This document shows positions 1 to 9,209 of a stretch of 45,917 bases of DNA, one piece after another. The position numbers and the translations under genes are program-made. Source of the stretch: Escherichia phage 2725-N35. Each line of letters starts with the position of its first letter. Within the stretch, counting starts at the first letter, position 1. A model generated the notes under the pieces. The model made no database searches. It was not told where the DNA came from and saw nothing but the letters and a program-made list of their open reading frames with translations. Location of the stretch: sequence record MN840485.1. The stretch is one strand, 5' to 3'.

Positions 1-983
1 CATCTTTAGCTAGGGCTAACTTCGAAAGAGTAATCTCCATCCATTACATCAATGAGGATGTAACCATCTTCTGTGATGACCAACTCATATTCGTAACCAG
101 TTTTGCGTGATTCGTAGAGAATTTTCCAGTGTAGATAGTAGCCATTTTATTTCTCTCTTTGTGTTTCGTTTCGATGGAGTAACTATACCCCATCTTTTAA
201 AATCGCCTTTAGCAATTCGTGCTATTTTGAAATCATTTCTTTGAATGCTGCAAGAAAACCCTCACGTCCGTAGGCGACTGCCGAGAAACCGCCTGATTCC
301 ATTACACTTTTCAGGAATGCCTTCTGTTCTTCGCTGACTGGACTTGCTTGAGTTTTGCCAGCCCTCTTTAGCTCTATAGCTCCGAAAGGATACTTACCTC
401 GAAGTGATTCAGGAATAAGAAACATACAGTCTGATACGCCTTTTAGAAGCCCCTTAGCCTGGTCTTTTCTTGCTTGACCAATGGTTTTCTTTCCCTCATT
501 CACGCAATGGAAAAATACCATATCTGGGTAGTTATACTTAACCCAATCAGAGCAAAAGATTTGTTCGTCATCCTCTTTAGGGCATGACTTAACCGGACCA
601 GGGTAAAACTCAATGTAATCTTCTTTATCTGTAATCTTCATAATAATTCTCCAAAATTCTTAAACGCTATCACGTCCTTTCCTTTTGCATTCCGGCGATG
701 CGTAACCTGAACTGGCGCACGGAACTTATCTACGTTAGTCATAATCATTCTGGCATTTTTAAGCCTGCCAATTCGCGCCGCTTCCGTGCGATTCTCAATA
801 TGAGCTAAGCAAAAGTTCTTCCAGAGCACACTGCAAACTCGATGGTCTGATTCTGGATTAAAGAACTCCCAAGCGTTAAATCTCTCTCCGTTATGAGCCA
901 TTATATTGTACTTAACTACAATGCCTGTCTGATTCTTACTTAACCCAACTTGAAAATCATAAACACGAAGGTAATCACCACGA
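1..983. repeat. Terminal direct repeat, copy A (matches ~44935..45917); contains the 3' end of the helicase gene, the VRR-NUC gene, one promoter element and the 5' part of a small gene
   Basis: Window start and end are collinear and near-identical; ORF-track proteins at 222..641 and 45156..45575 are identical. Two 2-bp indels between copies: 'gtagaga' at ~115 vs 'gtaga' in copy B, and 'ctttag' at ~5 vs 'ctttgtag' in copy B. Confidence 0.9.
222..641 (-). CDS. VRR-NUC-like (PD-(D/E)XK superfamily) nuclease
   Basis: 139 aa with 'FHCVNEG...', 'GAIELKRAGK' and an E/K-containing core typical of VRR-NUC; start overlaps the helicase stop (ATGA). Confidence 0.6.
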   Translation of the reverse strand: MKITDKEDYIEFYPGPVKSCPKEDDEQIFCSDWVKYNYPDMVFFHCVNEGKKTIGQARKDQAKGLLKGVSDCMFLIPESLRGKYPFGAIELKRAGKTQASPVSEEQKAFLKSVMESGGFSAVAYGREGFLAAFKEMISK

Positions 984-2632
984 CGATACATTTTGCCAGT
1001 CAGGTTAGCATTTGGGTCTTTAAGCATCTCGCCGCATTCCCTGCAAACCTTTGCTGCTATGTCATTGCGAGCGCCACAACCCTTTTTAATTACCGATTTA
1101 GTTTGCGCGTCGGTAATGTCTTCGCAAATTGTGAACTGAAAGAAGTGATCGCACCTAACGCCATCAATCTTATTGCTACAGCGACGAGCGAATGGGGAAT
1201 TTTCATATCCACATTGCGGACACTGACGAACCTCATCGCCACCTTTTCTTGAGGATTTAAACTTCTCAGCCTGAATCTCTTCAATAATTGGGTCAAAGTA
1301 AAGCTCAGCCATATCATCAAGTGCGCCAGCAAAATCCAGCACAAGGTGATCTTCTTTATGAAAACCAGCATCAATATGAGATCTCTTAAGTTTGCGCATC
1401 CCCCTACCAAGAAGCTGAATCATAAGCGTTAGGCTGCCAATCTTGCGTAGTATGACGCTAGTATCCCACAGCGGCTGGTTTACGCCCGTAGTAAGACAAC
1501 CAATCTGGAATATTATTTTGTACTTACCTGTCTGGCAATCAGCTAGAATCTCCCTGCGCTTCCTCTCTCCCGTAGAGTCTGTGATGATGGCGTAAGGGTA
1601 TCCATCTGGTAGTGCCGCAGCAGCCTCATCACAATGGAGTTTGCCAGCGCATGTTACCAATGCAGCGTTACGAGTCTCGAGTATTTTCACAACAAAACCC
1701 ATTATCTTTTGGGTCATTGATTGGTTGTCGTGAATCTTTGCAGCCATTGCATCCATTTCTTTCTTGCTGAAGTCTTTAACGCCATCGCTTCCGTCTGGCG
1801 CAAACTCACTAAGGTCATAACCCAGGTCACCAACTTCACCATAAACAGTAGGAACAACGAAGCCCAAATCAACCAGATAATTTGTTGGCACCTGAATCAC
1901 TGTTTTGCGCCAGAATCCACGGATGTTTGGGTTGCTAACGACGATATGATCGTTGTTACGATACGGGCTGCCAGTAAGACCGAATATACGAAGCTCACGC
2001 CCGTACTTCTCACGACAACGACGTTTCATCTCGGTGATAATTAGCGTGTACTGCGCACGACCAGTACCAAGCAATCCTGTGTTTACGCCATCCTTAAAAA
2101 CCATATCGCCTTTCTTTGTGCTCATTTGCTCAAATGTTTCTTCATTCTCTTCAGCCTCCACGATATCCATGTGATCGACCATGTGACACTCATCTATAGC
2201 GATAACTGCCGGAACATAGTCACCAAGCCCCTTAAACAAGCCGTTGGCTGCCGTACCCTCACTGGCCACTATAGTTGGGTGGTAAACTGATTTGACGTTA
2301 AGGCCAGCGCAATAGACGCTATTACGTATGCCGAAATTACGAAGCTCTTCTGAGTTCTGGCTGATAATCTCTGACTGGCGAGAGAGAACCATATAGGGAA
2401 GCCCAAGCTGCTCCATGCGCTTACCAATCATGGCAAGAATGATTGTCTTACCCGCAGATACTGAAAGGTCTGCGATAAATGGTGCCTCGTACTTGCCAAT
2501 AGCCTTTCCGATTGCATCAAATGTCACGCACTGGAATTCGTAAGGGGTTATCTCTCCAAACTGATAGTCTTTCTGAATCTGTTTGATTCTTTCTTTATCG
2601 AAATTTGCAACCAGCTTCTCGATAGGCAACAT
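638..2632 (-). CDS. SF2 DNA helicase with C-terminal Cys4 zinc ribbon
   Basis: 664 aa; Walker A-like 'SVSAGKT', DExH-like 'IDECH', and C-terminal CPQCG...C..C / CRECG cysteine pairs. Confidence 0.8.
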   Translation of the reverse strand: MLPIEKLVANFDKERIKQIQKDYQFGEITPYEFQCVTFDAIGKAIGKYEAPFIADLSVSAGKTIILAMIGKRMEQLGLPYMVLSRQSEIISQNSEELRNFGIRNSVYCAGLNVKSVYHPTIVASEGTAANGLFKGLGDYVPAVIAIDECHMVDHMDIVEAEENEETFEQMSTKKGDMVFKDGVNTGLLGTGRAQYTLIITEMKRRCREKYGRELRIFGLTGSPYRNNDHIVVSNPNIRGFWRKTVIQVPTNYLVDLGFVVPTVYGEVGDLGYDLSEFAPDGSDGVKDFSKKEMDAMAAKIHDNQSMTQKIMGFVVKILETRNAALVTCAGKLHCDEAAAALPDGYPYAIITDSTGERKRREILADCQTGKYKIIFQIGCLTTGVNQPLWDTSVILRKIGSLTLMIQLLGRGMRKLKRSHIDAGFHKEDHLVLDFAGALDDMAELYFDPIIEEIQAEKFKSSRKGGDEVRQCPQCGYENSPFARRCSNKIDGVRCDHFFQFTICEDITDAQTKSVIKKGCGARNDIAAKVCRECGEMLKDPNANLTGKMYRRGDYLRVYDFQVGLSKNQTGIVVKYNIMAHNGERFNAWEFFNPESDHRVCSVLWKNFCLAHIENRTEAARIGRLKNARMIMTNVDKFRAPVQVTHRRNAKGKDVIAFKNFGELL

Positions 2633-2678
2633 ATCTAAATTCCTATAAAAATTGTCTTGTAGCGTTTAATTGAGTACA

Positions 2679-2722
2679 ATAATACCATCAAATCAGGATG
2701 ACTTTTAACAAAAAATGCTATT
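2679..2722 (-). promoter_or_regulatory. P-box promoter-like element upstream of the helicase operon
   Basis: Minus-strand reading: AATAGCATTTTTTGTTAAAAG, ~21 nt, TATTAT; then ~45 nt leader to the helicase ATG. Confidence 0.5.
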
Positions 2723-2733
2723 GAGGTAATGAA

Positions 2734-3213
2734 ATGAATACAGTCGACAAGCGAACAATTAACGGCAATAACGGAACCATCCGCACCGAAGACAAAAAGC
2801 AACGTAAACGACCTTCAGGCTACTATGTTTTAAAAGATGAAGTAAGAGCCGGGCTACGCGCGCGGCTAGAGATAGTTCTTGATTTCTTCGGCACAAAGGC
2901 GAATATCGCAAAGCAGTTAAAGGTAACACCACAGGCTGTAGAAGAATGGTTTAAGCGCGGTATGATTTCTGCGCGTGGGGCTCAACTTTCTCACAACTAC
3001 TATAAGCGAAATGGAGAAGGTTTTCGCGCTACATTCTGCCGACCAGACCTGCAATTCGACGGCAACGGGAGACCGCTGACACTTCGGTGCAAAAAGCGCC
3101 ATATGCTGCGAGTCGTCACTGAGGCTGAATTAGCCACTAAGCCAGAGTGTCGTTCATGGCGCAAGATAAAATTAGAGAACCAAAAGAAGAAAGAGCAAAA
3201 CAGCACGATTTGA
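2734..3213 (+). CDS. DNA-binding protein with Cro/YdaS-like helix-turn-helix; putative transcriptional regulator
   Basis: 159 aa; 'TKANIAKQLKVTPQAVEEWFKRGMIS' HTH; SD GAGGT upstream of ATG. Confidence 0.55.
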   Translation: MNTVDKRTINGNNGTIRTEDKKQRKRPSGYYVLKDEVRAGLRARLEIVLDFFGTKANIAKQLKVTPQAVEEWFKRGMISARGAQLSHNYYKRNGEGFRATFCRPDLQFDGNGRPLTLRCKKRHMLRVVTEAELATKPECRSWRKIKLENQKKKEQNSTI

Positions 3214-3268
3214 TAAACAATGGCACTTTGCATTATGTATAGTGCCTTTATTGTTTATGGAGGTAATT

Positions 3269-4195
3269 ATGAGTCACAATGATAAGAACGAAGTGATAGC
3301 CAAGATGAAAGGGATGTGGAGTGAGTTCTACTCATCGCATCTTGGATGGACAAAGGAGAATCTCAGCAAGAAACATGGTCCGTGCCCTTACTGCTTTGGC
3401 AAGGATAGGTTTCGCTTCACTGATGAGTTAGGTCAAGAAAAGGGAAATGGCGCAGCAATATGCAACCAGTGTGGAAATGATTCTGGTGTTGGTTGGGTAA
3501 TGAAGTGTTCTGGAATGAGTTATAGTGAAACAATAGATACGCTTGGTGATTGGCTGAATCTCGTTCCAGTAGAGGTTATATCAAAAGCAAACAAAAGAGC
3601 TTCAAGAACATCACCATACAAAATGGGCGCTCAGATTGATCACGAAAGATGCTTAGAGATAATGGAAAGGACGGAAAGAGTAGAATCAACTCCTCTCAGT
3701 ACATACGAGGGTATCTATAGCGAGTTCGGTTTTGATGTTGGCAGGACGAAATCAGGTGAATTAATCCACGCAGTTCCGTGCTTTATGGCTTATAGCGACG
3801 GTATATCAGAAGAAATGTGTAATGTAATGTTTATCAATGAAGAGGGAGATGTTAGTTATGCTGCAAAAGATTATACTCGCCAGTCTATTTCTGTTATTGG
3901 TTCCCTTAAGGATGATGAGTACGCTTATCTGGTCGATAATCTCATTGACGGCTATCATGTTCACATTGCTACTGGCAACCGCTGCGTGCTTGTTTGCCAC
4001 TCCAGTTACAACATGGAAATGGTTGCTTACGCGCTTAGAAACTACAAGTTACGCATCGCTTGTACTCGCAGCGATTTTGATTTACTCGCCGTTGCTGACG
4101 ATCGCAATCTTGATGTTGTAATGCCAAATAATGATAACCACTTCAAATCAGGAATAAGAAAGCGAATATACAAGGCGAGCGAATTACTAGACTAA
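3269..4195 (+). CDS. DNA primase (zinc-finger type), putative
   Basis: 'CPYCFGKDRF...CNQCGN' zinc-binding motif; sits next to the helicase; start moved to the ATG preceded by GGAGG (track ORF begins at GTG 3242). Confidence 0.55.
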   Translation: MSHNDKNEVIAKMKGMWSEFYSSHLGWTKENLSKKHGPCPYCFGKDRFRFTDELGQEKGNGAAICNQCGNDSGVGWVMKCSGMSYSETIDTLGDWLNLVPVEVISKANKRASRTSPYKMGAQIDHERCLEIMERTERVESTPLSTYEGIYSEFGFDVGRTKSGELIHAVPCFMAYSDGISEEMCNVMFINEEGDVSYAAKDYTRQSISVIGSLKDDEYAYLVDNLIDGYHVHIATGNRCVLVCHSSYNMEMVAYALRNYKLRIACTRSDFDLLAVADDRNLDVVMPNNDNHFKSGIRKRIYKASELLD

Positions 4196-4216
4196 CCTCC
4201 TTCGGGAGGTTTTTTT
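4196..4216 (+). terminator. Rho-independent terminator after primase
   Basis: CCTCC-ttcg-GGAGG hairpin followed by T7. Confidence 0.8.
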
Positions 4217-4221
4217 ATGAC

Positions 4222-4258
4222 TCAAAGATGCTACAATCCACTTTAGCAATTCGTGCTA
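4222..4258 (+). promoter_or_regulatory. Extended -10 promoter (TGcTACAAT) followed by an inverted copy of the P-box upstream motif; candidate operator
   Basis: gaTGCTACAATccacTTTAGCAATTCGTGCTATTTT immediately upstream of the tail fibre gene. Confidence 0.45.
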
Positions 4259-4282
4259 TTTTACAAATGGAGACTCTACACA

Positions 4283-6817
4283 ATGGCAATTTATGACTCA
4301 GGAACAGCTTCTCTAGCAGCAAGTGGTGAGGTGACTGGCGTCGGGACAACATGGAAAGCACCTCTTACACTGATTCGTGTAGGTGCAACCATTGTATTTA
4401 AAACTGAACCAGTACAGATTTACACCATCTCAGAAATTATCAGCGATACGCAGATTAATGTTTACAACCCTAACTCCGAAACTGTTCCTGCTGGAACTGG
4501 TTACGCTATCCTTGCGCATGATGGAATTACCGTTCAGGGATTGGCTCAGGATGTAGCAGAGACTTTGCGTTACTACCAGTCTAAGGAGACATCCATCGAA
4601 GGATTGCTGCAATTTATTGGTCAAGACACTTTCGACTGGCCTCGCTTCGAGCAACTTGCAAATCAATCAATCACTGGAGCTGCGGAGGCGCTTGCTAGTC
4701 AGGTTACTGCCGCAGAGAGTGCTTCTACTGCTGTTAGCGCAAGAGACGCAACAACATCAGCGAGAGATGCTACTATTGAGGCAATTAATAGTGCTGGTGA
4801 TGCCAGCACGCTGGTTACTCTTGCTAATATTGGTATTGGTACATCATCACAGCCGCAGATAAGTGCGATTGACTGGCAGACGTATGATTTCAAGTCAATG
4901 TCTAGCTTCACAACGACGCTGCAGTCGATGAGTAACTTGCCTGCGGGGTTGAATTTTGCAACCGGAAACCCATACCTTTTTGTTACAGTTCTTTCATCAA
5001 GGTCTGTCGCAGGGACTGTATCGGCAAAGGTTCAAGTTTCAACAAGGGCCGATAACGACAACAACACAAGAGTTTACGACGTTTACGTAAATGGGAACGT
5101 CGGGTCTAGGGTTTTTTCTGTAAGAGAGAATCTTAGCCTTGTTTCAAACTCAACAACACCCGACGGAGGTGTAACTGCGGATAGAATCAGAAGCAGACTT
5201 GATATTTACTCAAAGAGTGAGACTGATGGGGTTGTAGATGCTCTTAAAAACTTCAAGCTTAATAATGTTTCATCAGTAGTTAGAAGTGTGGAATCAAAAC
5301 TTGGTGACTTTGTTAACGTCATGGATTTTGGTGCTACAAACAATGGTACTTTAGTTCCTCTTTCATCTAAATTTTCGACAATTGAGGATGCGCGGTTTGT
5401 TTATCCATTTGCATCAAACCTTAACGAGTCACTTGACGCAGTTGCGCTTCAGGCGGCGGTTAATACTGGCAAAACGGTATACATACCAAAAGGATTTATG
5501 TTTATTAACAGGACTGTAAGGATTGGCAACAGCACGAGAATTATTGGTGAGGGGACAAGCCAAATAAACAGGGCGCAAACATTTATATCAGTTGATGGAA
5601 ACATAAACCTGTTTGCCTTGGTTCAGGGTGGTGCTGAAAACATAAGAATGTATCAAGTATTTATTGAAGGACTTTACATTTTTTATAACCCAGGAACTAC
5701 ACCGACCGTAGCATCAGGGAATGATCAAAAGATAGCATTCAACTTTGTTTCTAATGTTGGTTCTGCCACAGGGCTAGAAAATTCATGTATCAAAGATTGC
5801 ACAGTTCATGGAGCGTGGGGTTGCTACCTTGATACTACTGGAACGTATCAAACAAAGCTGCAAAACGTATGGGCAAGGAACTGTAGAAACGGATTCATTA
5901 AAGCCACAGGAACTACAATTCTTATGGAAACATGCTACGCATCTGGCTGCGTTTCTCCTTTTGAATTTGGTTCAGTAATGAGTGTGACAATGATTAACTG
6001 CGCAATGGATGCCAGTAATATATCATCAACATCAGGTTCTTATGGTGGGGCTGGAATTAACTTCATCAACAGCCATAGTGTAAACATACTAGGGATGGAC
6101 GTCGAAGGTAACATTATTGACACCAACGGTTCTCAGGATTGCTGCCTTATTAGGTTTAATAACTCAAATGGCAGGATTTCTGGACTAACGTCATGGAAAA
6201 ACGAGGTTAGAACAACTGGAGGTGGTTCTGGTGGTGTGGTTTCATATATCAAGGCCTCTGGAACGTCTCACGTCATTATTGACTCGTCTGAGGATGATAT
6301 TAATGATAGCGGATTGGTTTACACTGGAACTGGTGGATATCCAGTAACAATTTACGCGGCAGATTCGGCGTCAAGGATTGATATTCTCAGCGGTAGGTTC
6401 CAGTCAGCTAAAGGGGGCTCCCCTTCGATATCGGTTGTTAGTCAGGGCAATGTGAACTGGTTTACTGAGCCTATGGGTGGTTCTATTGCTGGTGGTTATA
6501 AGCAGACATACTCATCAGAAGGATTGAGGACTAATGGTGTTTATACGGATAAAGGTTCAAAGGTGGTACAGGCAAGCGTTCCAACTGGGCTATTTGAATT
6601 ACCAAACTCACCAGGCTTGTACAAGGTTTGTACCTGGGTGGCTAATGCTGGAACAAACTATAGCGTCATAGCTGACGTTCTATTTGATGGAGCCACATCA
6701 TCAATTACAGTCACTAAGACGGCAGCATTTACAACACTGGATGTTAGTTCAAGGACTGTCAGTATAACTGCACGGGGTGCAGCCACTTACAAATGGACTT
6801 ACACTAAAATAGGTTAA
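4283..6817 (+). CDS. Tail fibre/tailspike protein with predicted right-handed beta-helix (possible depolymerase) domain
   Basis: 845 aa; N-terminus 'MAIYDSGTASLAASGEVTGVGTTWKAPLTLIRVGATIVFK' as in T1/T5-type fibre anchors; central region rich in N/G/T/S beta-helix-like repeats. Confidence 0.65.
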   Translation: MAIYDSGTASLAASGEVTGVGTTWKAPLTLIRVGATIVFKTEPVQIYTISEIISDTQINVYNPNSETVPAGTGYAILAHDGITVQGLAQDVAETLRYYQSKETSIEGLLQFIGQDTFDWPRFEQLANQSITGAAEALASQVTAAESASTAVSARDATTSARDATIEAINSAGDASTLVTLANIGIGTSSQPQISAIDWQTYDFKSMSSFTTTLQSMSNLPAGLNFATGNPYLFVTVLSSRSVAGTVSAKVQVSTRADNDNNTRVYDVYVNGNVGSRVFSVRENLSLVSNSTTPDGGVTADRIRSRLDIYSKSETDGVVDALKNFKLNNVSSVVRSVESKLGDFVNVMDFGATNNGTLVPLSSKFSTIEDARFVYPFASNLNESLDAVALQAAVNTGKTVYIPKGFMFINRTVRIGNSTRIIGEGTSQINRAQTFISVDGNINLFALVQGGAENIRMYQVFIEGLYIFYNPGTTPTVASGNDQKIAFNFVSNVGSATGLENSCIKDCTVHGAWGCYLDTTGTYQTKLQNVWARNCRNGFIKATGTTILMETCYASGCVSPFEFGSVMSVTMINCAMDASNISSTSGSYGGAGINFINSHSVNILGMDVEGNIIDTNGSQDCCLIRFNNSNGRISGLTSWKNEVRTTGGGSGGVVSYIKASGTSHVIIDSSEDDINDSGLVYTGTGGYPVTIYAADSASRIDILSGRFQSAKGGSPSISVVSQGNVNWFTEPMGGSIAGGYKQTYSSEGLRTNGVYTDKGSKVVQASVPTGLFELPNSPGLYKVCTWVANAGTNYSVIADVLFDGATSSITVTKTAAFTTLDVSSRTVSITARGAATYKWTYTKIG

Positions 6818-6818
6818 T

Positions 6819-6849
6819 AAAAAAAGGCCCCGAAAGGGGCCTTATCTTT
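6819..6849. terminator. Bidirectional rho-independent terminator between convergent tail fibre and SSB genes
   Basis: A7-GGCCCC-gaaa-GGGGCC-TTATCTTT. Confidence 0.8.
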
Positions 6850-6853
6850 GATA

Positions 6854-7282
6854 TCAGAACGGGATATCGTCGTTGAATTGCTGTTGTTGCTGTGGCTGTG
6901 GCTGATATTGCTGTTGTGGCTGCCGCTGTGGCTGTTGCTTAGGCTTCTGCTGGCTGCCAGAATCCACGCGCTGACTAAACTCAAGTCGTGGGTTGTTCAT
7001 GTTAATCGTTACGTAAGTCTTACCATCTTTATCTCGAACATCAACAGCCAGACTTTCGGCGCTAACGCTAACAACCTTACCCTCTTGAAATGCTTCATTG
7101 TACCAATCTAGCATTGACTCTTTCGCGAAGAAGACTGCGCGATAGTTACTATACTGAGTCTGACCATCTTTATCTTTGTATCGCTCACTCAAATCAACCG
7201 CAAACATTTTCCAGGTACCATTAGCATTCTGACCTTCTTTAGTGAATGGAGCGCGGCGAATCTGACCAGTAATTACGTGCAT
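6854..7282 (-). CDS. ssb: Single-stranded DNA-binding protein
   Basis: OB-fold-like N-terminus, Q/P-rich linker, C-terminal acidic tail ending DDIPF. Confidence 0.9.
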   Translation of the reverse strand: MHVITGQIRRAPFTKEGQNANGTWKMFAVDLSERYKDKDGQTQYSNYRAVFFAKESMLDWYNEAFQEGKVVSVSAESLAVDVRDKDGKTYVTINMNNPRLEFSQRVDSGSQQKPKQQPQRQPQQQYQPQPQQQQQFNDDIPF

Positions 7283-7323
7283 GTTTTTATCTCTCTATTG
7301 TTGGGGCCTAAGCCCCTCTTAAA

Positions 7324-7974
7324 CTAGAATGTGTCGATTTGTTGTGATTCTACTTCATTCTTTTCTTTATCACTACTTTTTTCTGCAACTTTCTTAGGCG
7401 TTGCTGGGTTAAAGCCAGTCATTGCATTAGCTTCGATTTCTGCTTTTCGCTCGATAATGTGAGGTTCAAAAACCTTCCATCCTGCCGCATCAAGTGATTG
7501 TTTGGCCTCTTTCCATACATTACGAAGCTCATCAAGAGTGTTGCATTTCTCGAGTTCTCGCTTGAAATCCTTAACACCCTTAGCGGCGAGATTGCCATCA
7601 TCATCTGCCTGGCTGAGACCTAAAGCTGCCGTTATTCCGTAACGTCGAGCATATGTTAATGCTGAGCCGTAACCTTGAGCATCATTCTTGCTGATTGGTA
7701 CAATCATTAAGAAGCTAACCCACTCTCCAGATTCTGCGTGAAATAGCTTTGTCTCAACCTTTAGTAGTCCATTTGCTTCGCTATCAATTACGCTCTGAAA
7801 CATCACAAGACCACATTCTTCAAGGCCAGGCTCTACAGCGGCAAGAACATCATCAAGAGTACTATATCTGTTCTTGAGGTGAGAGTTCTGCTTCGACTTT
7901 TCAGCCTTCGCAAATAGCGATTTAGCGGTGTGCAGCGCGTTTAAAATTGATTTGCATGATTCTGAAATTTGCAT
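7324..7974 (-). CDS. erf: Erf-family single-strand annealing recombinase
   Basis: 'GSALTYARRYGITAALGL...DDDGN' matches the P22 Erf signature 'SSYARKY..NGLFGIDD'. Confidence 0.8.
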   Translation of the reverse strand: MQISESCKSILNALHTAKSLFAKAEKSKQNSHLKNRYSTLDDVLAAVEPGLEECGLVMFQSVIDSEANGLLKVETKLFHAESGEWVSFLMIVPISKNDAQGYGSALTYARRYGITAALGLSQADDDGNLAAKGVKDFKRELEKCNTLDELRNVWKEAKQSLDAAGWKVFEPHIIERKAEIEANAMTGFNPATPKKVAEKSSDKEKNEVESQQIDTF

Positions 7975-8003
7975 CTTTAACCTCGTTCGTTGTTGATGGG
8001 ATA

Positions 8004-8050
8004 ATCATACCCCGCATTTTAATTTTGTCTTTAGCAATTCGTGCTGTTTA
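8004..8050 (-). promoter_or_regulatory. P-box promoter upstream of the erf-ssb operon
   Basis: AACAGCACGAATTGCTAAAG, 22 nt, TATGAT; 29-nt leader to erf ATG. Confidence 0.6.
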
Positions 8051-8224
8051 AATTTCTTTATACTTCCTCATATCCCACTCAGTAACATCTAAATCAATCT
8101 CTGTTGCGCCCATTGCATAACCTGGCCACACATCATTCTCTTTGCACTTCTTGTAAGTGGCAAGCGCCTCTAAGTACATCCTGCGACCAACCCTCAGTTG
8201 CTCTTCTGTAATATTATAAAGCAT
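8048..8224 (-). CDS. Small hypothetical protein (58 aa, below ORF-track cutoff)
   Basis: ORF MLYNITEEQLRVGRR...; stop lies inside the P-box motif; weak RBS. Confidence 0.3.
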   Translation of the reverse strand: MLYNITEEQLRVGRRMYLEALATYKKCKENDVWPGYAMGATEIDLDVTEWDMRKYKEI

Positions 8225-8262
8225 TGGTAAGTAAGGCTCTTCTTTCTCGATTGCAAGCAGCC

Positions 8263-9012
8263 TTACTTTTGTTTCTCTTTTTCATTAAAAGCTCTAACAA
8301 AAACATCGTTCTGAAGCGCCATTTTTGCAAGATAACCGTGCTTAAATGCAAGCCTTCCAAACTCCTGAGGTGATGCGCTGGCTGTCGTTTTCAGATCGGT
8401 AATACACACCACGCCGTCAACAACGTCAACATGGTCAATTCGAATCTTAACGCCGACGCCGAGAATCTCACCGAAGATTGATAACTCTTTCTGCGCCGTC
8501 TCACTATTCACGATTGCATTGTATGCCGGAATATTGCAAAGAACCTCACGCATAGCCACAACTTTGTCATAGTCTGCTGCGCTAACTAGCTCCTTACCCT
8601 CCACAAGCGCTTGAGCGCTTTCCAGCTGATCAATTAGCCACTTAATGGGCCAGTCCTCGCCAGAACGATACATCATCTCTACAAGCTCGCTATAGCCCTT
8701 CCCTGATGTTCCAGCCACACCGACTTTTTTAAGTGCTGCTGCTAATCCTGCCTGGCTTGTAATTAAGCCTTCAATCGCGTCAAGGTCTGCTGCTCGCAAA
8801 TACTCCTTGTCGAATACATCTTGTTCGAGAATCATGCAGTGAGATAAGGTACCAAACTTAAGCGCCTTGCTATCGCTATTGCGTTGCTTGAACTTCCACT
8901 TAGCTGGTGATCCTTGGATAATCTCGACAAGTGAGCTGCCGGAGATATGATCTTGCTCTGAGTGGTAATCCTCGTTGCTTAGCTCCTCTCGTGTGTAAAC
9001 CCTGAAAGTCAT
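8263..9012 (-). CDS. PD-(D/E)XK exonuclease (YqaJ/lambda-Exo-like), putative partner of Erf
   Basis: 249 aa; 'IRIDHVDVVDGVVCITDLKTT' D...D/E-x-K motif; lies upstream of erf. Confidence 0.6.
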   Translation of the reverse strand: MTFRVYTREELSNEDYHSEQDHISGSSLVEIIQGSPAKWKFKQRNSDSKALKFGTLSHCMILEQDVFDKEYLRAADLDAIEGLITSQAGLAAALKKVGVAGTSGKGYSELVEMMYRSGEDWPIKWLIDQLESAQALVEGKELVSAADYDKVVAMREVLCNIPAYNAIVNSETAQKELSIFGEILGVGVKIRIDHVDVVDGVVCITDLKTTASASPQEFGRLAFKHGYLAKMALQNDVFVRAFNEKEKQK

Positions 9013-9206
9013 TTTATTTTCACCTCAACATTTCTCGTTGAAACAGTAACAGGAACTTCACTACAACCCATAAGTGCTTTCGCTAAATCAGAACATGTAG
9101 TTGTTATATTTATCTCCCTTCCTGTGCTAAATTTTACCCTTAATCTTACCTCAGGATCTTTCTCGTCGTTGTATGGTGACTTATTTATGTCTATAAAAGC
9201 CTTCAT
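9009..9206 (-). CDS. Hypothetical small protein
   Basis: 65 aa ORF in operon context, 4-nt overlap with downstream gene. Confidence 0.45.
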   Translation of the reverse strand: MKAFIDINKSPYNDEKDPEVRLRVKFSTGREINITTTCSDLAKALMGCSEVPVTVSTRNVEVKIK

Positions 9207-9209
9207 ATT

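Noticed and set aside
950-2174. Track ORFs 950..1252(+), 1090..1410(-), 1721..2044(+), 1953..2174(+) inside the helicase gene
   Set aside because: Embedded in or antisense to a long motif-bearing helicase ORF; no RBS; low-complexity translations.
3806-4121. Track ORFs 3806..4000(-) and 3837..4121(+) within the primase gene
   Set aside because: Overlap the primase coding frame; hydrophobic low-complexity translations typical of off-frame reading.
4237-4256. Box copy at 4237 acting as a minus-strand promoter (antisense to primase)
   Set aside because: In that orientation the -10 position reads GTCATA (poor); a plus-strand extended -10 lies just upstream, so an operator role is more plausible. 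Not fully excluded.
7283-7323. GGGGCctaaGCCCC hairpin between erf and ssb as a terminator
   Set aside because: No adjacent T-run on the transcribed strand; more likely an RNA-stability element or nothing.
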